Positions 30,164 to 38,707 of a DNA stretch of 64,000 bases are shown piece by piece. The position numbers and the translations under genes were made by a program. Source of the DNA: an uncultured Clostridium sp. (lineage in GTDB: Bacteria; Bacillota; Clostridia; TANB77; CAG-508); the NCBI GenBank assembly GCA_947574235.1, contig CANPIU010000002.1, positions 4,021 to 68,020 of the forward strand. The letters are read 5' to 3'. The notes under the pieces are model-generated. The model did not search any database. It saw only the letters and a list, made by a program, of their open reading frames with translations, and was not told the DNA's origin. Numbering within the stretch: the first letter of the stretch is position 1; each line of letters opens with the position of its first letter.

Positions 30164-30394
30164 ATGAGCAACTTTGGGTTAGGGTCTTATAAAGAGCAGT
30201 ATAAGATTTTTCTTATCGGACCTAAACAGGAAGGAAGCCATCTTAAGAATATCGTCTTTGGAGTTGATATTCCAGAAGATGGGATAAACTACCTGTTTGA
30301 CAAGAGAAACTCTTGGATAGCATGTGAAATAAAATGTTATTCAGAGGAAGATTTTGACCGTATCTATAGTCAGCTAGAAGACTGTTTGCGGTAG
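30164..30394 (+). CDS. Hypothetical 76-aa protein (last sense codon is CGG 30389-30391)
   Basis: ATG 30164 follows AAGGGAGGGAAG. The ORF-track start at 30104 has no RBS. Confidence 0.5.
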   Translation: MSNFGLGSYKEQYKIFLIGPKQEGSHLKNIVFGVDIPEDGINYLFDKRNSWIACEIKCYSEEDFDRIYSQLEDCLR

Positions 30395-30492
30395 TATTTC
30401 CAAACTGGGACCGGAGTTCTTTAGGTCCCTTATTTTTATGCTTGCAATTTAAGATAAATTGATATATGATAGAAACCAAGGAGAGTGATAAA

Positions 30493-31594
30493 ATGTTAGA
30501 ACTAGAAGAAAATACTAAAACCCTTTTAGCATTAGAACAGAAACTAAAGAATTTAGGTGAGTCCCTTTGACATTGCTAAACGAAAAAAGGAATTAGAAGC
30601 ATTAGAAAAACAAACCTTAGAAGAAAGCTTTTGGAACGACAGCAAAAATTCGAGTAAAGTATTAGGCGAAATCAAAGCCATCAAAAGTAAAACCAATCAA
30701 TACGAAGAAATCGAAAAAGAAATCACCAATTTAGCTGAACTAACCGAATTAGTAGAATTAGAACCAGAAGAAGAACTCGTAAAAGATATATTGAAAAATA
30801 CCAGTAAAGTGCAAAAAGAACTAGAAAAATTTGAAATTATGACCTTTTTATCTGGAAAATACGACAACAACAATGCCATTGTTACCATCCATCCAGGAGC
30901 AGGGGGAACCGAGTCACAAGATTGGGCAGAAATGCTCTATCGTATGTACACCAGGTGGGCCAACAAAAATAATTACGAAGTAAAAGAATTAGACTATTTA
31001 GAAGGGGAAGAGGCAGGCTTAAAGAGTGTCACCTTTGAAATCATAGGAGAAAATGCCTATGGATATATGAAATCAGAAATGGGAGTGCACCGTTTAGTTC
31101 GAATTTCTCCTTTTGACAGTGGGGGAAGGAGGCACACTTCTTTTGCTTCTCTTGAAATCTTACCAGAAATAACCGATGATATAGAACTAGAAATCAATCC
31201 AGATGATTTACGAGTAGACACCTATCGAGCTTCTGGTGCAGGAGGGCAACATATCAATAAAACTTCTTCTGCGATAAGAATTACTCATATTCCAACCAAT
31301 ATAGTAGTGGCTTGTCAATCAGAGCGTTCTCAAATACAAAACCGTGAAACTGCGATGAAAATGCTTAAATCTAAATTGTTAAATTTAAAAGAAAAAGAAC
31401 AAAAAGAAAAAATAGAAGATTTAAAAGGGGTTCAAATGGAAATCGCTTGGGGAAGTCAAATCCGTTCCTACGTTTTTTGTCCTTATACCATGGTAAAAGA
31501 CCATCGAACCAATTACGAAGTAGGAAATGTGCAAGCCGTTATGGATGGAGAAATTGACGCCTTTATGGAAAGTTATTTAAAAATGAAACTATAA
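30493..31594 (+). CDS. prfB: Peptide chain release factor 2 with the classical programmed +1 frameshift (30493..30567 + 30569..31594)
   Basis: Short frame-0 ORF ends CTT TGA C at 30565-30571, preceded by the SD-like AGGTGA. The +1 frame carries SPF and GGQ (SGAGGQHINK). Confidence 0.95.
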
Positions 31595-31681
31595 AATTTA
31601 TTACGCATACAATATAGAGAGTAGATTTAAAATAAAATCGACTCTCTATTATTAAAATTTACAAAAGGCGAGTGATTCAAA

Positions 31682-32650
31682 GTGGACACAATTGTATTAA
31701 AATTTGGAGGAAGTTCCGTTGCTGATAACGAAAAATTAAAGTTAGTAGCTAAGAAAGTAATCGAATTATATGAAAAAAATCACAATATTGTCGTAGTTGT
31801 TTCTGCCCAAGGAAAAACCACAGATAAATTAATTTCAGAAGCAAAAGAATTGTCTGGGGAAGCAAAAGATAGAGAAATGGATGTATTACTTAGCACAGGA
31901 GAACAAATCTCAACAGCCAAGTTGAGCATTTTGTTAAACCAAATGGGATATCCTGCTATTTCGTTAACCGGATGGCAAGCAGGGATTTATACCAACAACA
32001 CCAATCAAAATGCTATCATCAAATGGATTGATACAGGAAGAATTAAAACCGAATTAGAAAACCGAAAAATTGTAATTATAGCTGGTTTTCAAGGGATGAA
32101 CGAAAATAGGGATATTACAACGTTAGGAAGAGGCGGGTCTGATACAACCGCAGTAGCGATTGCTGCAGCTTTAGGTGCTAAAAATTGTTACATTTTTTCA
32201 GACGTAGATGGTGTGTATACAACAGACCCTAATAAATTAGAAGAAGCTAAGAAATTAGCTGCACTTTCTTATGAAGAAATGCTTACTTTATCTTCTGAAG
32301 GGGCCAAAGTTCTTCATAATCGTTGTGTAGAAATCGGAGAAAAATTCAAAGTACCCATCATTACCAAATCAACTTTTAACAACAAACCAGGAACAGTAAT
32401 ATCCGATATCATTGAAGAAAATACGATAAAAAGTATTGTAAAAAAAGACATTTCTAGAATTTCAATTGTAGGAAATGGTATTATCAGAAATTATCAAAAC
32501 ATAAAAAGTGTATTAGAAATCGTAGAAAACAACAAATTAGAAATGTTAGAATTTAATGTATCAGAAACTAAAATTTCAATTACCTTTAAAACCGAAGTAT
32601 CTGACAAAATAGTAAAGGATATACATGAAAAATTAATTCCTAAAGCTTAA
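31682..32650 (+). CDS. Aspartate kinase, short form (single ACT-like C-terminal region)
   Basis: KFGGSSV nucleotide-binding start and LGRGGSDTTA. 322 aa is about 80 aa shorter than DapG/LysC-type enzymes. Confidence 0.8.
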   Translation: MDTIVLKFGGSSVADNEKLKLVAKKVIELYEKNHNIVVVVSAQGKTTDKLISEAKELSGEAKDREMDVLLSTGEQISTAKLSILLNQMGYPAISLTGWQAGIYTNNTNQNAIIKWIDTGRIKTELENRKIVIIAGFQGMNENRDITTLGRGGSDTTAVAIAAALGAKNCYIFSDVDGVYTTDPNKLEEAKKLAALSYEEMLTLSSEGAKVLHNRCVEIGEKFKVPIITKSTFNNKPGTVISDIIEENTIKSIVKKDISRISIVGNGIIRNYQNIKSVLEIVENNKLEMLEFNVSETKISITFKTEVSDKIVKDIHEKLIPKA

Positions 32651-32657
32651 ATTTTTA

Positions 32658-32695
32658 AGAAAACTTGAAAAACACAAATCAAGTTTTCTTTTTTC
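32658..32695 (+). terminator. Rho-independent terminator after the aspartokinase gene
   Basis: AGAAAACTTGA-loop-TCAAGTTTTCT followed by TTTTT. Confidence 0.75.
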
Positions 32696-32763
32696 GTTCT
32701 AAACTAGACAACCACTGAATATATATAATTTAGCAAGAAAAATTAAAGTTAGGGGGCAAAGAA

Positions 32764-33063
32764 ATGACAATCGAAGAAAGAAAAACGATTACTACTGGTG
32801 TTATTCAAAATCTTATTCTAGAAAATAGGGGTAAACTTAGTATTTCAGGAGTATTAGACGTTTTAAGTTTTGATGACCAAGTTGTTATCTTAGAAACAGA
32901 ATTAGGACTGCTAACTGTAAAAGGAGAGAATATTCGAATTAATAAATTAAGTATCGATACCTCAGAAGTTATCGTAGAAGGAGATATCTCATCTTTAGCT
33001 TACAGTGATAAAGAAAGCGAAAAAGCAAAGGGAAGTAGCTTTATGAGCAAAATATTTAAATAG
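32764..33063 (+). CDS. yabP: Sporulation protein YabP
   Basis: YabP pattern (..LILENRGKLSISGV..V.SFDD..V.LET..G.L.VKGE.L.I..L). Followed by yabQ and divIC as in other endospore formers. Confidence 0.8.
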   Translation: MTIEERKTITTGVIQNLILENRGKLSISGVLDVLSFDDQVVILETELGLLTVKGENIRINKLSIDTSEVIVEGDISSLAYSDKESEKAKGSSFMSKIFK

Positions 33064-33083
33064 AAGGGGAGAGGAGTCAAGTA

Positions 33084-33551
33084 ATGGTTTCAAATCAGGC
33101 TTATTTGTTTTTAGTTTTTATGGTCAATGGAATAGTAATTGGTCTATTATTTGACTTTTTTAGAATTTCGAGGAAAGTATTTGACACAAATGATATCATA
33201 ACCTATATGGAAGACATTTTATTTTGGATTTTAGCGGGAGCTACGGTTCTTTACTCTATTTTTACTTTTAACAATGGCGAAATGCGTTTATTTATGTTTT
33301 TAGCTATTTTGTTGGGTGCTTTTGCTTATATGATATTAATTAGTTCTTATATCATTAAAATCAATGTAAAAATTATCAATATCCTAAAGAAAATAGTAGA
33401 AATCTTAAGTATTCCATTAAAAGTTATCTATCGATTGATACGCAAAATATTTTTCAAACCAATTCATTTTTTATTCATCAATATAAGAAAAAATTTTACA
33501 AATTTCGGCACAAAACTATATAAGAAGGAGAAAAATATTGTAAAAAATTGA
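33084..33551 (+). CDS. yabQ: Spore cortex biosynthesis protein YabQ
   Basis: Multi-TM protein with the FDFFRI motif and conserved gene order. Confidence 0.7.
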   Translation: MVSNQAYLFLVFMVNGIVIGLLFDFFRISRKVFDTNDIITYMEDILFWILAGATVLYSIFTFNNGEMRLFMFLAILLGAFAYMILISSYIIKINVKIINILKKIVEILSIPLKVIYRLIRKIFFKPIHFLFINIRKNFTNFGTKLYKKEKNIVKN

Positions 33552-33624
33552 AAATAAAAGAAGGATATTTCAATAATATGTAGAATATATTAAATATGGA
33601 TATCCGTAAGGATTAGTACAGAAA

Positions 33625-33915
33625 ATGGAGAGATTACAGATGAAAAAGAACCATAAAATCTATAAAAGATTACTGTTAATAGGTATTGGCATCTATGTTA
33701 TTTTTACTTTAGTCAATCAACAAAAAACATTAAATCAATATACGGCTAATAGCAAAGAATTACAAGCTCAGATAGAAGAGCAAAAAGAATATAAGGAACA
33801 ATTAGCTAAAAAGAAAAATGACGTTACTTCATTAGATTATGTTGAACAAACAGCAAGAGAGAAATTAGATATGTATTATCCTAATGAAAGAGTGTATTTA
33901 GATAGGGGAATGTAA
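33625..33915 (+). CDS. divIC: Septum formation initiator (DivIC/FtsB family)
   Basis: N-terminal TM segment plus coiled coil, C-terminus AREKLDMYYPNE. The start could be 33640. Confidence 0.7.
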   Translation: MERLQMKKNHKIYKRLLLIGIGIYVIFTLVNQQKTLNQYTANSKELQAQIEEQKEYKEQLAKKKNDVTSLDYVEQTAREKLDMYYPNERVYLDRGM

Positions 33916-34060
33916 TTTTTAAAAATTATATTCCTTTTTTTGGAAAAAATGTATCTTTTTGAAAAAAACTATGTTATAATAAGTATTGTTATTAATCTTA
34001 ATTAATTCGATAAAAATCCCTATACAAATAAGCAAAGTAAAAAAGAAAAAGGAGGTCTCT

Positions 34061-35416
34061 ATGTTAAATATAGAAACAATGACTTTATTAGAGTTGAAAG
34101 AATTAGCAAAAGAACACAATATTAAGAATATTTCAAAATTAAAAAAAGATGAATTGATAACGGTTTTAAAGCAAATTACAAGTAATCAAGTATCAAATAA
34201 GATAGTAGAGGAAGAAAAAATAGAAGAGATTGACAAACCAGAAAGACAATATGATGAAAATGGAGAACCTATTGTAGATTACAAATTAACTAGTGATGGA
34301 GATGCCATAGTGGAAGGAATATTAGATATCCTGCCAGATGGATACGGATTTTTAAGAGGAGAAAATTTCTTATCTAGTGATAAAGACGTTTATATTTCTA
34401 TGGTTCAAATTAGAAGATTTCGTTTAGATACAGGAGATATTATTAAAGGTATTTCAAGATTTAGAGAAGGCGAAAAATTCCCATCTTTGATTTTTGTTGG
34501 TGAAGTAAATGGTGAACATCCAGAAAAAGCTATGAGAAGAAAAAGGTTTGATGAATTAACGCCAATTTATCCAAATGAAAGATTAAAGTTAGAGACTGTT
34601 TCCAATGATTATGCTACTAGAATTATTGATTTAATGTCTCCTATTGGAAAAGGGCAGAGGGGGATGATTGTTGCACAACCAAAAGTTGGTAAAACAACTT
34701 TAATGAAAAAAGTAGCTAATAGTATTTCTCAAAATAATCCAGAAGCCGAATTGATTGTTTTGTTAATTGATGAAAGACCAGAAGAAGTTACCGATATGAA
34801 GCGTTCGATTAAAGGGCAAGTAATTCACTCAACTTTCGATGAATTACCAGAGCATCATGTAAAAGTAGCTGAGATGGTATTAGAACGTGCTAAAAGATTG
34901 GTAGAACAGGGGAAAGACGTTGTTATTTTGTTGGATAGTATTACAAGGCTTACTAGAGCTTACAACTTAGTCATTCCTTCTTCGGGAAGAACTTTATCAG
35001 GAGGTATTGACCCAGCCTCTTTACACAAACCTAAAAAATTCTTTGGTGCAGCAAGAAATATTGAATTTGGTGGAAGTTTGACTATTTTAGCAACTGCTTT
35101 AATTGATACAGGTAGTAGGATGGATGACGTTATTTTTGAGGAATTTAAGGGAACTGGTAATATGGAAGTTCATCTTGATAGAAAATTGTCCGAAAGAAGA
35201 ATTTTCCCTGCGATTGATATTAATAAATCTGGTACAAGACGTGAAGATTTATTATTAACACGTAAAGAAAAAGATACGGTTTTTGCTTTAAGAAAGGCTA
35301 TGAATAGTATGCCAGTAGCAGACGTTACGGAACAAGTGATTAGTCATATGACCCAGTCTAATAATAATGATGAGTTTATTGACCAAATGGAAAGTTATTT
35401 AAGAAGGTTTAAATAA
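34061..35416 (+). CDS. rho: Transcription termination factor Rho
   Basis: Rho N-terminal domain ([13 protein letters not shown]), RNA-binding domain, Walker [11 protein letters not shown] and the C-terminal ATPase core. ATG 34061 follows GGAGG. Confidence 0.93.
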   Translation: MLNIETMTLLELKELAKEHNIKNISKLKKDELITVLKQITSNQVSNKIVEEEKIEEIDKPERQYDENGEPIVDYKLTSDGDAIVEGILDILPDGYGFLRGENFLSSDKDVYISMVQIRRFRLDTGDIIKGISRFREGEKFPSLIFVGEVNGEHPEKAMRRKRFDELTPIYPNERLKLETVSNDYATRIIDLMSPIGKGQRGMIVAQPKVGKTTLMKKVANSISQNNPEAELIVLLIDERPEEVTDMKRSIKGQVIHSTFDELPEHHVKVAEMVLERAKRLVEQGKDVVILLDSITRLTRAYNLVIPSSGRTLSGGIDPASLHKPKKFFGAARNIEFGGSLTILATALIDTGSRMDDVIFEEFKGTGNMEVHLDRKLSERRIFPAIDINKSGTRREDLLLTRKEKDTVFALRKAMNSMPVADVTEQVISHMTQSNNNDEFIDQMESYLRRFK

Positions 35417-35422
35417 TAAATT

Positions 35423-35468
35423 AAAAATACCAGGAAGTAGAGTTTAATTTCTACTTTCTGGTATTTTT
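35423..35468. terminator. Bidirectional terminator between rho and the convergent DUF2726 gene
   Basis: AAAAATACCAGGAAGTAG-loop-CTACTTTCTGGTATTTTT. Confidence 0.75.
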
Positions 35469-35892
35469 AATCGACTTCCTTGAACATTTTATCTATTAAT
35501 TTATCACGTTCAATTCGTTTAGGGTCATTAACATGAGTATTGTCATCTAATTCAATACAAGCAATTATATTACCGCTATTCATATCGTATAATACATAGT
35601 CAATACTTTTATCTTTTATTTCTTCATATAAAGCTGTATTTCTTTTATTATTTATATCGATTATTCTATTTATTGCTACTTGGGTAGAAATTTGAAAATA
35701 CATATTTTTATTTTCGTTTTCATTTAGCTTTTTAACAATATTTATAAGGACCCTTAAAAATTTTCTTTCTGCCATCGTCAAGAATTCTTTTCTAAGCTTA
35801 TAATTAGGTATTTTATAATATTCTATTCTACCATCCTCATCTAACACAGGAATTTGTTCTAATTTTCTTCTATCATCTGTTAATATTTCCAT
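35467..35892 (-). CDS. DUF2726-like (restriction-endonuclease-fold) protein
   Basis: Pattern ..MAERKFLRVL..QV.INRII..SIDYVLYD..NIIACIELDDNTH....RIERDKLIDKMF matches the DUF2726 core (D..ExD/K-type fold). Confidence 0.5.
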   Translation of the reverse strand: MEILTDDRRKLEQIPVLDEDGRIEYYKIPNYKLRKEFLTMAERKFLRVLINIVKKLNENENKNMYFQISTQVAINRIIDINNKRNTALYEEIKDKSIDYVLYDMNSGNIIACIELDDNTHVNDPKRIERDKLIDKMFKEVD

Positions 35893-36204
35893 TTTACTTC
35901 ATCCTTTTTTATTTATATTATCATTATTTATTATTTTTTTCAATAAAATATTACATTTTTTCAATAATTTGTAAAAAAGTTATAAGCTAGGAGAGAGGAT
36001 ATATTAAAATTATTATTAAATAGATAAAATTATATATTTTTTCGGAACAGTCAAATATCTATATATTATATAAGATAGGAAAATCTTGGAGGGAGAACAT
36101 ATAGATAGTATATGTTTAATAATTATGAAAATACAACATTGCACAAAATCAAAGTTTTGCGAAAATAAGAGTAGGAAGAAATAATTCTTATACTTATCTT
36201 ACAG

Positions 36205-36492
36205 ATTAGCCATTTTAAGGGCCATTTTGAATAACAAGTTTATATTACTAAATTATTAAAACGGCTTAAAATCGATTTTCGTGCGTCACTTTTTTAGTGT
36301 TTTTTATGATATTTAGTATCTATACTATAAATACTAAGAATAACAATATATCATTAGATAATGTTACATTTCTATATATTTTAATAAGTCTAAATTAGAA
36401 TTGTAATTTTTATACAAATGTTCGTTTTTTGAGTTTGCAGAAATTTATAATTATCCATCATAGATATTAAAAACATATTAGCCATTTTAAGG
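36205..36492 (+). repeat. Pair of exact 16-bp direct repeats ATTAGCCATTTTAAGG (36205-36220, 36477-36492) inside an 810-bp AT-rich non-coding spacer
   Basis: Exact 16-mers 272 bp apart. A third partial copy, GCCATTTTGA, is at 36221-36230. Confidence 0.8.
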
Positions 36493-36702
36493 TTAAGTTA
36501 AAAAAAGGGGTTTGATTTTTAGATTTTATATTAAATTAACTTTACACAAAACTTTTCAATTATAAATCCATTTTACATAGATTTCTAAAAAACCCCTCTC
36601 TCCTACTCTATTGATTTTTTGAAAAAATAGTTTTTTAGAGAACTTGATTTTAAAAGCTTTTACGCATCTTACTTACTTTGTTAAACCAGTATAATTTCTA
36701 AT

Positions 36703-37038
36703 TTAAGATTTCTTAAACATATTATTCTTATCGTAAATTGCTTTTTTAGTTTCTTCTAATTTTTCTTGATTTTGATTTAGTAAATTCTTTAAAATCCTTT
36801 TTTGCTTTTCAGTTGCCATATAATCTCGAAACAAAGAAACTAAAATTGCATTTGCCTCTTCGGAAATGTCTTGTTTAGACAACTCTAATTGAGGATTAAT
36901 ATTATAAAGATAATCTTTATCTCTATTTTTTCTATAAAAATCAATTTTTTCTTTTGGTAGCTTACCATATTCTTCTTTAGGAAGATACTTTAATATTTCC
37001 AAGACCTCTGTATAAGCTCTTTCATATTTATTCACCAC
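36703..37038 (-). CDS. Hypothetical 111-aa protein, translationally coupled to the upstream 542-aa ORF
   Basis: Overlaps the upstream gene by 11 nt. Helical, charged sequence. No domain recognised. Confidence 0.6.
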   Translation of the reverse strand: MVNKYERAYTEVLEILKYLPKEEYGKLPKEKIDFYRKNRDKDYLYNINPQLELSKQDISEEANAILVSLFRDYMATEKQKRILKNLLNQNQEKLEETKKAIYDKNNMFKKS

Positions 37039-38656
37039 TTATTGTTTCCCCTTCCCTTTGTTGTTCTTCTCGAAGTTTTCTAAATTCTACACTATCACAT
37101 TTTTCTATATGCTCTGCTGAAATACCGTTTCTGATAGCATTTGATACAATTTGCTTCATGGTAATAGTTTCATTACCTGTGGAAGTCTCCTCCATTTTTT
37201 TGTGAGGTAATAAAGTCCAAACCGTTTTGGCAGCTTCTAACTGTTCAGCTACAGTTTCACCTTGTATAAATTTTTGAATTGCTTTTTCTGTTTGCAATCT
37301 TTCTTCATTAGAAGAATAATTCGTTTCCCTTTTATAAAAATCATTGATTAAAGCAATTGTTTCAACAAACTGTTGATGAATTTTAGGTGTAATACTTTCT
37401 CTATCTTGCTTATATGCTTCTAATGTTTCTTCTGCTTTAGTAGTAGCAAGTTCATTATATTCATCAATAACTTTCAATAATCTGTCTGTTCCCAATTCCT
37501 TTACAATCTTCCTAGCATTTCTTTGCAAGATAAGTGCTTCTTGACCTGGAAACTTTTGGCTTAAAAACATAAAGAAATCATCAGGACCCTTTTCATAATC
37601 TTCATTTTTATCATCATAATAATTAGAAAAATGTCCTCCATCTGGTCCCAGTTCTCCTCCATGGCTTTTATCAAAAAATAAATCATGTTCCTTAGCTAAA
37701 TTTTCAATACTCTTATCTACTATTCCTCTAACTTTTTCTTCGTCATAATTAGCAAAGTCAGTACCAACTTGTGAAGGTAATACTCCATTTTCAGTTAAAA
37801 TCATCCATATAGCTGTTCTATATTCTCCTTTAAATCGAACTACTCTTCTTTGTGTTAGTTCTTTTGCTACTTTTTCATCACTCATAATTCTTTCGTAGTT
37901 TTCATCGTTTATTAATACAATTGCTTCTTCTGAAATAGGTAAAGCTTCATGTGAAATATCAAGATAAGCATCATGCGAAGAAATTGAATAAGCATATCCT
38001 GAACTTAAAAAGTTACTGATATCATCCATAATAACATAATCTCGTTCCTGTGATACCTGATTATAATCTCCTGTCACTTCGAGTGGAGTATTAATAGTAA
38101 AATGCTTGGTTGAACGAAATGGGGATGGTACTACAATAGAACCAATTGTTTTATCCACGTCTGCTAAAGCTTGTTTTTCTATTTCTTTTTCATCTGGACT
38201 AATAGGAATTTCGAACTCTATTCCATTTAGTATTCCTTCATTATATGGCTTAATTCCCTTTTGTTCTAGCGCATAAACTCTTCTAATTTCATTAGAAATG
38301 TTAATATTACGTTTTTCTATGTTAGTATTTTTAGATAATACTCTCCATTCCCCGTCTGTAGGGAAAAAGTCATCTTCTCTTATCAACATAAATTTGTCAA
38401 CTTTTCCTTCTTCTTTTGCTTTTTTCATTAAAATATTCAAATTATGTTTAAATTTTTCGATAGTAGCTTTTGAGGTTGTATCTAAAACTTCATCTGACAA
38501 AGAAACAAGTTCTCCTTCTGGTAATTCAATACGTTCAGATATTTCAGGTATAGGCAATTCTTTTATTGTTTCTTTTTCCTCAAAAGCCTCTAACTGAGTG
38601 TTTTCTATTTTGAATATCTTTTTTAAAAAACCTTTTAACTTATTAAAAATTCCCAT
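37028..38656 (-). CDS. Hypothetical 542-aa cytoplasmic protein with an N-terminal amphipathic helix
   Basis: Long uninterrupted ORF 51 nt downstream of the PBP gene on the same strand. N-terminus MGIFNKLKGFLKKIFKI. No TM segment, signal peptide or recognisable catalytic motif. Confidence 0.65.
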   Translation of the reverse strand: MGIFNKLKGFLKKIFKIENTQLEAFEEKETIKELPIPEISERIELPEGELVSLSDEVLDTTSKATIEKFKHNLNILMKKAKEEGKVDKFMLIREDDFFPTDGEWRVLSKNTNIEKRNINISNEIRRVYALEQKGIKPYNEGILNGIEFEIPISPDEKEIEKQALADVDKTIGSIVVPSPFRSTKHFTINTPLEVTGDYNQVSQERDYVIMDDISNFLSSGYAYSISSHDAYLDISHEALPISEEAIVLINDENYERIMSDEKVAKELTQRRVVRFKGEYRTAIWMILTENGVLPSQVGTDFANYDEEKVRGIVDKSIENLAKEHDLFFDKSHGGELGPDGGHFSNYYDDKNEDYEKGPDDFFMFLSQKFPGQEALILQRNARKIVKELGTDRLLKVIDEYNELATTKAEETLEAYKQDRESITPKIHQQFVETIALINDFYKRETNYSSNEERLQTEKAIQKFIQGETVAEQLEAAKTVWTLLPHKKMEETSTGNETITMKQIVSNAIRNGISAEHIEKCDSVEFRKLREEQQREGETISGE

Positions 38657-38707
38657 TTAATGATACCTCTTTATTTTTCTATTAGTATATTATTTTGTCA
38701 ATACTTT

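Noticed and set aside
36040-36085. dif-like imperfect palindrome ATCTATATATTATATAAGAT in the AT-rich spacer.
   Set aside because: Only the XerD-arm-like half partly resembles known dif sites. Such AT palindromes are expected by chance in AT-rich DNA.
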